The notes under the pieces are model-generated. The model had not been told where the DNA came from. It was given only the letters and a program-made list of their open reading frames with translations, and ran no database searches. From positions 1 through 64,000 of the forward strand of contig CAWBNQ010000001.1 in assembly GCA_963790205.1 (NCBI GenBank): 64,000 bases of DNA, given 5' to 3'. The DNA is from Nitrospirota bacterium. GTDB lineage: Bacteria > Nitrospirota > UBA9217. The stretch's first letter is position 1. Each line of letters begins with the position of its first letter. Both the position numbers and the translations under genes were made by a program. Shown here in pieces: positions 1-11,294 of this stretch.

Positions 1-2
1 CC

Positions 3-1636
<1,634 letters not shown>

Positions 1637-1679
1637 ACGTTCCGAAGAAAGACGATGGGAGGCAAGAGTGCGATGACCG

Positions 1680-2186
1680 TCAGATTGTCTGGTTCCTTTT
1701 CCACCACTTCCGGTCCGCCAGCACAACGGACGTTTCGGTCTGCCGCTCGGGGATGGACCAATATTTCCTCAAGAGCCGGTTCTTTTCATCGGCGGTCACT
1801 AGCCGGAAGCCGTGTTTTTCATAAAAACGGATGGCCCAAACCGAGGCGGCCCAGGTTCCGATGAGAACAGGCCGGTCTGTCTTGCCGTAGAGAAATGTAA
1901 GCAGTTTCCCTCCGATACCGCGGTTACACATCGTCGTGCGAACATACGCATGCCGGAAGAGTGTCACATCCTGAACGTCCTGTATGCCCATGACGCCGAC
2001 CAAGTGGCCGCCCTCCTCATGTCCCCAAAAGACGACGCCCGAATCGATCTCGCGCCTGAGCTCTTCCCGTGACATGTACGGCTCCTGCCAGCGGTCCGCA
2101 GGGATCACGCCTTTATAGGCAACAGCAGCGTCGTTAATGATGGAATAAATAGTTTCAAAATCGTCTTCAGTGCATCGGCGGACCAT
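1680..2186 (-). CDS. GNAT family N-acetyltransferase
   Basis: YV...NRGIGGKLL acetyl-CoA motif A and AIRFYEKHGF motif B; SD AAGGAG upstream. Confidence 0.88.
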   Translation of the reverse strand: MVRRCTEDDFETIYSIINDAAVAYKGVIPADRWQEPYMSREELRREIDSGVVFWGHEEGGHLVGVMGIQDVQDVTLFRHAYVRTTMCNRGIGGKLLTFLYGKTDRPVLIGTWAASVWAIRFYEKHGFRLVTADEKNRLLRKYWSIPERQTETSVVLADRKWWKRNQTI

Positions 2187-2292
2187 AAACTGCTCCTTGA
2201 TACTGGTAATGCCTAGATTATAGCAATATTATCAGGCAAAGCAATACGGAACGTCGCAACATGGACCGCTCGCCGCTCAGGACCGTATTTCA

Positions 2293-2321
2293 TTGAGAAG
2301 AACAGCCTCCCGTGCTATAAT
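2293..2321 (+). promoter_or_regulatory. sigma70-type promoter
   Basis: TTGAGA-N17-TATAAT with TG extended -10, ending 9 nt before ATG 2331. Confidence 0.6.
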
Positions 2322-2330
2322 CTTTTCACT

Positions 2331-3077
2331 ATGGAAAAACCAAATCTTACCGGACTCGTTCCGGCAGTAGCAAACAAGATGGCGCCGATGCTTGACGACA
2401 TTCTCGGAGAGCACGCGTCGAACATTCATTCGATCCACATCACGGGAAGTGCCGTTATTTCCGACTACCACGAGAAGTTTTCGGACATCAACTCCGTGAT
2501 CGTGCTGCACGACATGGACCTGAAGTTCATCACTTTCCTCGCCCCGCTCGGGAAAAAATACGGCAAAAAACGGATCGCCGCTCCGTTCGTGATGACGCCG
2601 GTGTACATCCGGACTTCGCTCGACGCGTTCCCAATGGAGTTCCTCGATTTCAAGCTCATTCATAAAACAGTTTACGGCCCCGACATCTTCATGACGCTCG
2701 AAATCGCCAAGGCGCCGCTGCGGCTCCAGGCTGAGCGCGAGATCAAGACGAAGCTCATCCACTTGAGGCAGGGTTATATCTCGTCCCTCGGCAAAAAGGA
2801 GCATCTCTCCGCTGTTCTCGTCAGGTCCTTTACCGGCTCCATGGCGCTCTTCCGGTCGATCCTGACACTCCTCGGAAAAACGCCTCCCGTCGCAAGAGCC
2901 GAAGTGATCTCTTCGCTCGGCTCGGCAAGCGCAATCGATACGGAAATCTTCAGGAACCTGCTCTCGCTGAAGGCAGGACTCATCAAACCCTCGGAGCATG
3001 AGTTGCGGACGCTCTTCGAGCGCTACTATCATGCGCTGGAGTCCGTAGAAAAGATCATCGATGAACTCCCTGCGTAA
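2331..3077 (+). CDS. Pol-beta-like nucleotidyltransferase-fold protein with helical C-terminal domain
   Basis: ITGSAV.SDY....SDINSVIV resembles the GS...DxD NTase motif, with the second Asp replaced by Asn; first gene of the TPM/LemA trio. Confidence 0.6.
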   Translation: MEKPNLTGLVPAVANKMAPMLDDILGEHASNIHSIHITGSAVISDYHEKFSDINSVIVLHDMDLKFITFLAPLGKKYGKKRIAAPFVMTPVYIRTSLDAFPMEFLDFKLIHKTVYGPDIFMTLEIAKAPLRLQAEREIKTKLIHLRQGYISSLGKKEHLSAVLVRSFTGSMALFRSILTLLGKTPPVARAEVISSLGSASAIDTEIFRNLLSLKAGLIKPSEHELRTLFERYYHALESVEKIIDELPA

Positions 3078-3828
3078 TAGACTCATCATATTTGCCCTGG
3101 TCCTTTTTCCGGCCTTCGCCTCCCTCGTCGCGGCCTCGACGCCGGAGCCGCCGGCGGTCCCGCGCGATTACGTGACAGACCTTGCCGGCGTCATGAACGA
3201 CAGCACGAAGTCTCAATTGAACGCCCTCCTTCTCGAACTGGAGCAGAAGACCACGGCCCAGGTGCTGGTCCTCACGGTCCAGAGCCTGGACGGGGAGGAT
3301 ATTGAAGGTTTTTCTCTCAAGACGGCTGAAAAATGGAAGCTCGGCCAAAAGGGAAAGGACAACGGCGTTCTTATCGTTGTCGCTGTGAAGGACCATAAGT
3401 ATCGTTTCGAGGTCGGCTACGGTCTCGAAAGCGTCCTCCCTGACAGCCTTGTCGGAACGATAGGAAGAGAATACCTGGTTCCGTATTTCAGGAAGGGAGA
3501 CTACGGCACAGGGATATACACCGCGACGCTCGCAATAATACATACCATCGCGGACAACGAAGGAGTTCAAATCTCCAATATGCCCGAGTTAGAACAACCC
3601 CGTGCCGTCTCCGAAGGCAGGCCCCTCGGCACGTTCCAAATGGTCCTGTTCGGCATCCTCGGCCTGGCCGTGCTTATTCTTTTCATAACGCATCCGCGCC
3701 AGTTTCTGCTCTTCCTGCTGGTTTCTCAGATGGGAGGCGGCAGGGGAGGCTGGTCAGGCGGCGGAGGCGGATTCGGCGGCGGGGGCGGCGGAGGTTTCGG
3801 AGGCGGCGGAGCATCGGGAGGATGGTAG
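3061..3828 (+). CDS. TPM (TLP18.3/Psb32/MOLO-1, YgcG-like) domain membrane protein with Gly-rich tail
   Basis: Signal peptide, YVTDLAGV, WKLGQKGKDNGVL, EVGYGLE, one TM helix, tail GGGGFGGGGASGGW. Confidence 0.92.
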   Translation: MNSLRNRLIIFALVLFPAFASLVAASTPEPPAVPRDYVTDLAGVMNDSTKSQLNALLLELEQKTTAQVLVLTVQSLDGEDIEGFSLKTAEKWKLGQKGKDNGVLIVVAVKDHKYRFEVGYGLESVLPDSLVGTIGREYLVPYFRKGDYGTGIYTATLAIIHTIADNEGVQISNMPELEQPRAVSEGRPLGTFQMVLFGILGLAVLILFITHPRQFLLFLLVSQMGGGRGGWSGGGGGFGGGGGGGFGGGGASGGW

Positions 3829-3898
3829 GGAGGCCGCAGTTCATAGTTTTAAATTTTACGTTCATTGATAATAACTTGATATCTCGGAGGGAGAAGAC

Positions 3899-4477
3899 AT
3901 GACCAACGGAGTGAAGACGGTTTTAATCGTTGTCGGGGCCATCGCCCTGATCGTCATCGGAACGATTATGTGGACAGTGGGCCAGTACAACCGGGTGATC
4001 GCCATGGACGAGCAGGTGAAGTCCCAATGGGCCCAGGTGGAGAACCAGCTTAAACGGCGGTACGACCTCATCCCGAACCTGGTCGCAACGGTGAAGGGCT
4101 ACGCCAAGCATGAAAAAGAGATCTTTGAAAACCTCGCGAACGCCCGCACGAAGTATTTCCAGGCGAACACGGTGAAGGACAAGATCCAGGCCTCGCAGCA
4201 ACTCGAAGGGTTCCTTTCCCGCCTCCTCGTGCTGCGCGAGACCTACCCGCAGCTGAAAGCGAACGAAAACTTTCTGAAACTTCAGGACAGCCTGGAGGGC
4301 ACGGAGAACCGGATCGCTGTGGAGCGGATGCGTTACAACGACGATGTGAGAGCGCTCAATACCTATCGGAGGTCTTTCTTCGGCAGGTTCATCGCTGCTT
4401 TCGCGGGCGTGGGCGAAGCGACGTATTACGAAATACCACAGGCGGAGAAGGAAGCTCCGAAAGTCAAGTTCGATTAA
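3899..4477 (+). CDS. lemA: LemA family protein
   Basis: N-terminal TM; QLKRRYDLIPNLV, YPQLKANENF, LEGTENRIAVER; SD GGAGG. Confidence 0.95.
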   Translation: MTNGVKTVLIVVGAIALIVIGTIMWTVGQYNRVIAMDEQVKSQWAQVENQLKRRYDLIPNLVATVKGYAKHEKEIFENLANARTKYFQANTVKDKIQASQQLEGFLSRLLVLRETYPQLKANENFLKLQDSLEGTENRIAVERMRYNDDVRALNTYRRSFFGRFIAAFAGVGEATYYEIPQAEKEAPKVKFD

Positions 4478-4564
4478 AGAAATCCGTGAGGCGTCAGGCG
4501 GCGTGAGCGCATGAGGGGTTTTTCCCGTACACCTTCCGCCTGACCCCTTGCGATGTTCCTCCGT

Positions 4565-6226
4565 TCATCCCACCTTGGCAGTCTCTGCCGCTTTTTCCTT
4601 CTTCGTCCAGACGGGGCTTGCGATGTCCTCGAATGCGGTCATCGCCGCCATGGACCCGTGCGCCACGGCCACCACGATCTGCTTGGGCGCGCCGGTGATA
4701 TCTCCGGCCGCATACACACCGGGCATGGAGGTCCGCATGGTCGCGAGGTCGGTCTTGATGTATCCCTGTTCGTCGAGTTCGATCCCGAGCTGCTGCGCGA
4801 TCTCGATATTCGGCACGTACCCGATGGCGACGAACACGCCGTCCACGGGCATGTCCAGAACCTTGCCCGTCTTCTTCTCCTCGATCTTGACGGCCTTCAC
4901 GATCTTATCTCCGGAGATCTCACGCACCTCGCTGTCCCACATCGCGGGGATCCCTGACTGCGTGAAGCTTTCCTGGAGCCTGGCCTGTGCCCTCAAGATG
5001 TCGCGACGGTGGATGAGGGTCACCTTCGCGCCGAGGTTATGAAGGTAGAGCGCGTCCGTCATGGCCGTGTCTCCTCCGCCCACCACGACCACCTGCTTGC
5101 CGTCCTTGAAAAAGTATCCGTCGCACGTGGCGCAGTAGGAGACGCCCCGGCCGTAGAACTTGTTCGCACCCGGCGCTTCGAGCGCCCGGCTCGCTACCCC
5201 GGTTGCAATGATGAGCCCTCTCGTGATATAGATGGCGTGGTTCGTCTTGAGATAGATCTTTCCGTCCTTGCCGTCCTTTTTTGCTTCGGTCACGTATTCG
5301 CCCACGTGGATCTCGCAATACTGGGCGGCCTGCTGCGCGATCAGGTCCACGAGGCTTTTCCCGCCGATCCGCATGAACCCCGGGTAATTCTCGACCACCG
5401 GCGTGATCATGACCTGGCCGCCGAGGTTGCTCTTCTCGATCACGACGCTGTTGAGCCCTGCCCGGACGGCATAGATCGCCGCAGTGAGCCCTGCCGGGCC
5501 GCCGCCGATGATGACGAGGTCCTTTTCCACCGGTTCGCCCGATATCTGCGTCGAAGCGATCTGGGGTTCCTTGAGCGAAAGCAACGACTCGACGAACATC
5601 GGCTCGGGCTGGAGCCCGGCGCCGGTGAAGGTGTTGTTCATGAAGGTCTGCGGTACGGCCAGCGATCCGAGGCTTTCCGCGAGGTCCTGGTTCTCGTAGA
5701 TCTCGATAGCCTCCGCTGACACGAGGTCCGGCTTGATAACAGCGGCCGAGAACGCGGAAAGGACCTGCTGCGGGCAGTAGGGACAGGTTGGGCTCACAAA
5801 GACCTGGATATCACGCTTCTCCCGAAGTCCCTCTGTTATTTTTTTTACAGAAGGTTCGGTAAGCAGGGGCTTTCCCGTGGATGCCATCATGAGGGCCACG
5901 AGGAACGAGCGACCCTCTTCGCCGACAGGAGCGCCGGTATAGCGGATGCGGTATGCGTCCGGCGCGATCAGAATTGACGGCGAACGGACGACATTCCGCT
6001 TGACGGACAGTTCGTCTCCGACCGCATGGTATGATACCTTCAGTTTATCGGACAGTTCGGCAAGCGCTTTGATGAGTGAGATCGCTGCCTCGTTGAACTG
6101 GTCGTTCGTGCCGCTCTTGGTGTAAACCTCGACGGCGACATCCGTTGTAAGCCCCTGCTGAAAAGTTTCCCTGATCGCCTGCTTTACGTCATCAGGGATG
6201 ATTTCCTGTTTTGGCTTGTCCGGCAT
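4565..6226 (-). CDS. Thioredoxin-disulfide reductase fused to an N-terminal AhpF-like/PDO thioredoxin-fold region
   Basis: CPYC in the N-domain; GGGPAG FAD motif, CATCD active site, GGGDTA NAD(P)H motif, AAGD. Confidence 0.9.
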   Translation of the reverse strand: MPDKPKQEIIPDDVKQAIRETFQQGLTTDVAVEVYTKSGTNDQFNEAAISLIKALAELSDKLKVSYHAVGDELSVKRNVVRSPSILIAPDAYRIRYTGAPVGEEGRSFLVALMMASTGKPLLTEPSVKKITEGLREKRDIQVFVSPTCPYCPQQVLSAFSAAVIKPDLVSAEAIEIYENQDLAESLGSLAVPQTFMNNTFTGAGLQPEPMFVESLLSLKEPQIASTQISGEPVEKDLVIIGGGPAGLTAAIYAVRAGLNSVVIEKSNLGGQVMITPVVENYPGFMRIGGKSLVDLIAQQAAQYCEIHVGEYVTEAKKDGKDGKIYLKTNHAIYITRGLIIATGVASRALEAPGANKFYGRGVSYCATCDGYFFKDGKQVVVVGGGDTAMTDALYLHNLGAKVTLIHRRDILRAQARLQESFTQSGIPAMWDSEVREISGDKIVKAVKIEEKKTGKVLDMPVDGVFVAIGYVPNIEIAQQLGIELDEQGYIKTDLATMRTSMPGVYAAGDITGAPKQIVVAVAHGSMAAMTAFEDIASPVWTKKEKAAETAKVG

Positions 6227-6261
6227 GATGTTCTGCCTCCTTACTCCTTACACTTCACGCC

Positions 6262-6819
6262 TCACTTGATCCTCTGCGATATTTTTTTAAACTCCTCCGT
6301 GCCGGCCACTTTAAGGAGCTGGAACAGCACCGTCTCGGTGCTGGTCACGACTGCGCCCGCCTCGCGCATGAACTCCACGCCGGTTTTCCAGTTCTCCTTG
6401 GTCCGGGAGCAGACCGCGTCTTCCACGATATGCACATTGATCCCGCCCTTGAGCAGCCCGATGCAGGTCTGGAGCACACAGATGTGCGTCTCCATGCCCG
6501 TCAGGACGACGCTTCGCTTGTTGTGCTCTTTGAGTTCCTCCAGAAACGGAGGCTGGCCGCAGCAGTCGAAGGTCATTTTCTCGATCGGGCGGTAGAACGG
6601 GAGCGCCTCGCGGATATCCTTCACCGTCTCGCCGAGCCCCCGGGGATACTGTTCGGTCACCATGACCGGCATGTTGATCATCTTCGCGAGCTCGATCAGG
6701 TGCAGGTTGTTCCTGACAACCCTGTCCTTTTCCGTCATCACAACAGCGAGCTTTTCCTGGATATCGACGGTCAGGAGGACCGTGTCTTCCTTATCAAGAA
6801 AAAATTTATCCAACGTCAT
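6262..6819 (-). CDS. Isochorismatase-family cysteine hydrolase
   Basis: VDIQEKL, TEQYP.GLG.T, K.TF.C, GMETHICVLQT. Confidence 0.92.
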   Translation of the reverse strand: MTLDKFFLDKEDTVLLTVDIQEKLAVVMTEKDRVVRNNLHLIELAKMINMPVMVTEQYPRGLGETVKDIREALPFYRPIEKMTFDCCGQPPFLEELKEHNKRSVVLTGMETHICVLQTCIGLLKGGINVHIVEDAVCSRTKENWKTGVEFMREAGAVVTSTETVLFQLLKVAGTEEFKKISQRIK

Positions 6820-6944
6820 GCCTTTTCATCTCCGTCAAGGTACAAGAATATCATTAATTTTCCTTTCCCAAAAGGGGTGAGGCCTGAGGCGAGGGGGGAT
6901 TTTCATTCCGAATTCCGCACTCCGCATTCCGCACTTATCTTGTC

Positions 6945-6959
6945 CCGGCCACCTGCCGG
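6945..6959 (-). promoter_or_regulatory. SECIS-like hairpin for the second Sec (lies in the 3' UTR)
   Basis: CCGGC-AGGTG-GCCGG stem-loop starting 12 nt after the TGA; same AGGT loop as the first hairpin. Confidence 0.7.
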
Positions 6960-6961
6960 TC

Positions 6962-7180
6962 CTATACCCCTCACGATCCGCCCTCGTACCCGATCGACAC
7001 CTTGCCGTCCTCTACAATGATCGGCACTTTCCTCGCGCCTTGTGAGAACTTAAGCATCTCGCCAAGCTTCGCGGCATCCATCTTGACATCGTAATAGACA
7101 GCCTTGCTTCCCAAGACCGACCTGGCCTTGTCCGTGTGCGGTCAGCCCGCCTTCCCGAAAATGATGATTTTTCCTGCCAT
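6962..7180 (-). CDS. 72-aa glutaredoxin-like selenoprotein with two Sec (UXX-star type): MAGKIIIFGKAGUPHTDKARSVLGSKAVYYDVKMDAAKLGEMLKFSQGARKVPIIVEDGKVSIGYEGGSUGV
   Basis: SD GGGAGG; in-frame TGA at 7144-7142 (GUPHT, Grx active-site position) and at 6973-6971 (UGV-stop); VP..V.DG Grx motif; hairpin after each TGA. Missing from the ORF track. Confidence 0.9.
7112..7130 (-). promoter_or_regulatory. SECIS-like hairpin for the first Sec
   Basis: CAAGGCC-AGGTC-GGTCTTG stem-loop starting 12 nt after the TGA. Confidence 0.7.
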
Positions 7181-7273
7181 GAAGATCCTCCCGGCCTGAA
7201 AGGTATATATCACTTCTATTATAATATCATTTTACGGATGCAAAAGTAAACTTTTTGCGATACAATCTAAGCC

Positions 7274-7927
7274 GTGCTGCAACGCGGAACAAAGAGGTAC
7301 GCTGAATTGTCTTATGGACCGGGGATTGCCGAGGTATCTGAGACGGATAATGACGCGGCGCTTGATGTGTCGTCTAAAAAGGGGGATCTTGCCGCCTTCG
7401 AATCGCTGGTGGTACGGCACCAGAAGCGGATGCTCAATGTCGCATTCAGGCTGATCAACGACTACGACGAGGCCTACGAGGTCGTTCAGGACGCCTTTGT
7501 CTCGGCGTATAAAAATATCATGACCTTCCGCGGCGACGCGAAATTCACGACCTGGCTCACGACCATCACGCTGAACCTGTCGAAGAACCGTCTGAAACAG
7601 ATGAGGTCCCGGCAAGGCCATGTAAGCTATTCCCTTGACGATCCTTTGTGGACCGACGACAGCGCATTGACCAGGGACCCGCCGTCAACAGAGCCGTCGG
7701 CACTCGACCGTCTGGAAAAGCAGGCCGTCCAAGGCAAAGTGCAGGACTGCATCAAGGCCCTTGATCCGGAATACCGGGAGGTCATCGTCCTTCGGGACAT
7801 GCAGGACTTCTCCTACGACGATATCGGGGGCATGCTCAACATACGGGAGGGGACCGTCAAATCCCGTCTCTTTCGGGCCCGGGCCGCGGTCAAGGAGTGC
7901 CTGAAAAAAGCCATGGGAGAACTGTGA
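7274..7927 (+). CDS. ECF sigma-70 factor (RpoE-like); start codon uncertain
   Basis: GDLAAFESLV, EVVQDAFVSAY, F.GDAKFTTWL, REVIVLRD...SY..I...L.I.EGTVKSRLFRAR. Confidence 0.93.
   Translation: MLQRGTKRYAELSYGPGIAEVSETDNDAALDVSSKKGDLAAFESLVVRHQKRMLNVAFRLINDYDEAYEVVQDAFVSAYKNIMTFRGDAKFTTWLTTITLNLSKNRLKQMRSRQGHVSYSLDDPLWTDDSALTRDPPSTEPSALDRLEKQAVQGKVQDCIKALDPEYREVIVLRDMQDFSYDDIGGMLNIREGTVKSRLFRARAAVKECLKKAMGEL
7286..7314 (+). promoter_or_regulatory. ECF (sigmaE-like) promoter, probably autoregulatory
   Basis: GGAACAA-N16-GTCTTA at the 5' end of the ECF sigma gene. Confidence 0.5.
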
Positions 7928-8823
7928 TGGGCCATAATTTCATACGACATAAGTTGTCGGAATATATCGACGGGACGGTCAACGCTGCGGAAAAGGCGGA
8001 GATAGAAACGCACCTTAAGGCCTGCGAGAAATGCGGCGATGCACTCACGGAACTCAAAAAAACCATCGAACATGTCAAGAGCATCGATGAAATCGAACCG
8101 CCAGCCTGGATGACGCAGAAGACCATGGCTAAGGTGCGCGTCGAAGCAGATCAGCGAAAGAGCATCTACCAGAGGCTATACTCGGTGTTCGTTGTCAATC
8201 TCCCGGTCAAGGCAGTGGCTGTTGTGTTTCTTGCCGCAATAGCGTTTTATATGTACCGGGACATCCTGCCGCAAAAGCTTTCCGAAGCGTGGAGGCGGGG
8301 GTCGGCGGTCAAAAACGAAGCGGCTCCGGCCGCCGGAAACGGACGACTGATGACCCGCAACTATTCCCAGCCATTGAAACGGTTGCCCCAGAGTCCGGAA
8401 TACAAGGCGTTGGACATGAAGCAGGAATACGAGAAGCCCGCGCCTCCGGTTCCCGAAGGCGCAAGAACTGCGCTTCAAACGGAAGCAAGGCAAGAGTCCT
8501 CAGAACCAGAACGCAAGTTAAAACCTGCTTTAGCATACAGCAAGACCGGATCAACGATCAGCATTACGGTATCGGTAAAAGACATTGACGCTGCAACCAG
8601 GGATACAGAAGCGGCTATCAGGCAATCTGGCGGAACGATAACGAAAACGGAGCGGCTTGATGGGAAAAGAGTCTATACTGTCACTTTGAGCGCGCACCTC
8701 TTGCATGCTCTTTACGATAAGCTAAAACCCCTCGGAGCTGTTAAAGATGGGGCAGCAATCCTGAAAGCTCGGGAGGGCCAGATAACACTTAAAATCGAAC
8801 TCGTGAAGACGGCGCCTCAGTGA
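7927..8823 (+). CDS. Zinc-finger (zf-HC2) membrane anti-sigma factor
   Basis: LSEYIDG...HLKACEKC motif, one TM helix, periplasmic domain; TGATG overlap with the sigma gene. Confidence 0.85.
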   Translation: MGHNFIRHKLSEYIDGTVNAAEKAEIETHLKACEKCGDALTELKKTIEHVKSIDEIEPPAWMTQKTMAKVRVEADQRKSIYQRLYSVFVVNLPVKAVAVVFLAAIAFYMYRDILPQKLSEAWRRGSAVKNEAAPAAGNGRLMTRNYSQPLKRLPQSPEYKALDMKQEYEKPAPPVPEGARTALQTEARQESSEPERKLKPALAYSKTGSTISITVSVKDIDAATRDTEAAIRQSGGTITKTERLDGKRVYTVTLSAHLLHALYDKLKPLGAVKDGAAILKAREGQITLKIELVKTAPQ

Positions 8824-9051
8824 GTTGTCCAGTTTTTTACCGATACTACATCCCCGGCCAATGTATTTAGCAATCTTGCTCTTGTTCATAATTTCAATGA
8901 CTTTCTGAAAATCAGGCCCTGAAGATTGTTAAATAACGTCATGTGTCCCGCTTCGGCGGATGATATGGACCGTTGCCTTCCAATGATCAGCCGCACAATC
9001 AAGGAAAGGATATGGAAAGGGATCGAGAGATCTCCGGAGAAAGGGACACTG

Positions 9052-9564
9052 TCAGTCCTTGATCTCTTCGATGGTCAGCCCTACTGCTCCGGTAGCAGGA
9101 TCTGCGACGCTCCATCGCAATGACCATCGTAAGACGGGCGTCTTCAAAGGTTCGGAAGAGACCGAAGGGCCGTAGTGAACCCATGCTGCAAGATCAAACT
9201 TCCAGTTCAGGGCAGCCCGATATCCGAACATATGGATCTTACTGGCAGTCCCGGGGTGGGCGGGTAGCAAAAGATCGTACACGTCCCAGCTGACGCTCCC
9301 TCCGGGAGGGATTGAAGAAGGAGCCGAATGCGACAAGGTACTGGTGACCTCCTGGATGGTTCCACCCTCCTGTCCGAGAGTTGCGTGGGGCACAACATTG
9401 ACCGCTTCTAAATCGCAAACATTGCGAAGCGTCAGGATCGCCCTGGTGAAGGGGATCTCCCTGCCGTCGCTGGCCCGCAGGTGGGAAGTTACCGACTGAA
9501 GCAAGATATCGAGGCAATGGCTCCCGCCCCCGGTTACTGTGCGTTCCTCTGCTGAGTACAACAT
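9052..9564 (-). CDS. Hypothetical protein
   Basis: Open frame; ATG 9564 preceded by AAGGGGGG; lies downstream of the rSAM gene. Confidence 0.55.
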   Translation of the reverse strand: MLYSAEERTVTGGGSHCLDILLQSVTSHLRASDGREIPFTRAILTLRNVCDLEAVNVVPHATLGQEGGTIQEVTSTLSHSAPSSIPPGGSVSWDVYDLLLPAHPGTASKIHMFGYRAALNWKFDLAAWVHYGPSVSSEPLKTPVLRWSLRWSVADPATGAVGLTIEEIKD

Positions 9565-9662
9565 ATGCCCCCCCTTATCCGGTGTCTGAGCGCTTTTTAT
9601 TATTATATCATGCAGCAAATCGTAAGAGGCGGAATAGGTGAAGTGAGATCGTCGCCGGCTGT

Positions 9663-10952
9663 TTACTGAAGGCACTGAAACAGCCCGGTACACCAGAGGC
9701 AGGCCCCGCAGGGTACCCGTTCGATATAACAATCCTGCTCAAAATCCGCATCCCCGACATAATCGCAGAGCGCAAAACCGCAGTCAAAGCAGAAGGGGAA
9801 TTTATACCCGAGCACGTGCTCCCGGAAAGAGCGGGACCCGGCATCGTTCCAGATGTCAAGGATGTCCCGATCGCGCAGGTTGCCGAAGGTCCACGGCTTG
9901 ACCTGCTTTTCTATGCCGCCGACATAGCAGGCATAGCGGTGCCAGAGGAAGTAACAGGGATGCACGTTGCCCTCCCACGAGACGAAGGCGCTGTCTCCTT
10001 CGACGAATTCGCACTTCCTCGTGTTCCGCGGCGTCATGCCCGGCAATGTCAGCTCCACCCCCGCTTCCCGCGCGGCCCGTCGGGCCTCATCAAATATCTT
10101 CTCGGCCGACACCAGCCACTCCTCGTCCCGCCTGAGCAGCCGTTCCATGTGCAGGGTGATGCCCTGTGCTTCCGCGTCGCTCCGCATCTTCTCGACGAGA
10201 CCGACGATCCGACCTTCCTCCGGGGTCCGCCCCACCTTCGTGATGGTATCGAAATACCGGCGGATGTCCAGACCCTCCTGCTGTGCTTTTGTTTTCCAGC
10301 GCTCGTACATGGCGATGGCAGCGGTGGTATTGGTGTCGTATGCTGCCTGCGCGACGAGATCCTTGTTGTAGGGAAGAAGCTGGGTAACGATGGCGAAGCT
10401 GGCGCCGGACCCGCCTGCCCAACGGACCGCGTCGGGAAGGTCGGCAAGGTTGTTTCGCATCAACACGAATTCTATCCCGATCCTGAGGCCGCGCCCCCTG
10501 CTCCGCGCCCTGGCTTTGTTCAGGCTCGCGAAGGCTGCAACAATGCCCCCCATCTCGCCGCCGCGCCGGATGGAACGGAAGCTGTCATCGGACACCGTGT
10601 CGAGGGAAATGCAGATGCGGTCGAGCCCCGCATCGATGAGCGATGCCGCCCGCTCGTCGGTCAGCGCCATGCCGTTCGACTGAAATCCCACCGAGGCATG
10701 TTCGGGAAGGAGAACTCGGGCGCGGGTGATGAAGTCCTCCAGGTGCGGATGGAGCAGGGGCTCGCCGATGCCGTTCAGCACGAGGGAATCAAGATGGGGA
10801 AAGGCCGGGGCAAGCCGTTCGAAGGTCTCGTGCGACATGCTGCCCTCGGGGATGCCGCCCGTGCCGTTCTGCTTCACGCACATGCCGCACTGCAGGTTGC
10901 AGCATGTCGTCACCTCGACAAAGAGCTTTGCAGGATGTTCGTTTGCAGCCAT
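9663..10952 (-). CDS. Radical SAM/SPASM protein, putative metalloenzyme (AOR/pterin cofactor) maturase
   Basis: CNLQCGMC, GEPLLHP, SPASM CEF...GNVHPC, Cys-rich tail CFDCGFALC...C...CGACLWC...C; next to aor and moaD. Start could be 11000. Confidence 0.85.
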   Translation of the reverse strand: MAANEHPAKLFVEVTTCCNLQCGMCVKQNGTGGIPEGSMSHETFERLAPAFPHLDSLVLNGIGEPLLHPHLEDFITRARVLLPEHASVGFQSNGMALTDERAASLIDAGLDRICISLDTVSDDSFRSIRRGGEMGGIVAAFASLNKARARSRGRGLRIGIEFVLMRNNLADLPDAVRWAGGSGASFAIVTQLLPYNKDLVAQAAYDTNTTAAIAMYERWKTKAQQEGLDIRRYFDTITKVGRTPEEGRIVGLVEKMRSDAEAQGITLHMERLLRRDEEWLVSAEKIFDEARRAAREAGVELTLPGMTPRNTRKCEFVEGDSAFVSWEGNVHPCYFLWHRYACYVGGIEKQVKPWTFGNLRDRDILDIWNDAGSRSFREHVLGYKFPFCFDCGFALCDYVGDADFEQDCYIERVPCGACLWCTGLFQCLQ

Positions 10953-11060
10953 TCTGTATGATAACCGTTCCGCCGTACCCAAGTATATGACGCCGGTCAT
11001 ATGCCTGCTTCCCGGAAGAGCCCGGATAACGATGCCGGAAGGTCTGGTATAATAGCCATT

Positions 11061-11285
11061 ATGAAGGTGAAGGTCAAACTATTCGCATCCCTGCGGACCT
11101 TCGGCCCCGATGAGCAGGTGCTCGAACTGCCCGCCCAGACAACGATTGATGACGTCGTTCATATCCTCAGGGTTCCCGTAACGATCAGGCTCCTCAGGAT
11201 CGTCAACGGCGAGCATCGACCCCTTGACCATGTCCTGCAGGACGGTGACGAACTCGCCCTCTTCCCTCCCATCGCAGGCGGCTAG
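11061..11285 (+). CDS. moaD: MoaD/ThiS sulfur carrier
   Basis: MKVKVKLFASLR...LQDGDELALFPPIAGG with C-terminal GG. Confidence 0.9.
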   Translation: MKVKVKLFASLRTFGPDEQVLELPAQTTIDDVVHILRVPVTIRLLRIVNGEHRPLDHVLQDGDELALFPPIAGG

Positions 11286-11294
11286 CATCAGCGG

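Noticed and set aside
3730..3825. GGC-rich tandem repeat
   Set aside because: Encodes the normal Gly-rich tail of TPM proteins.
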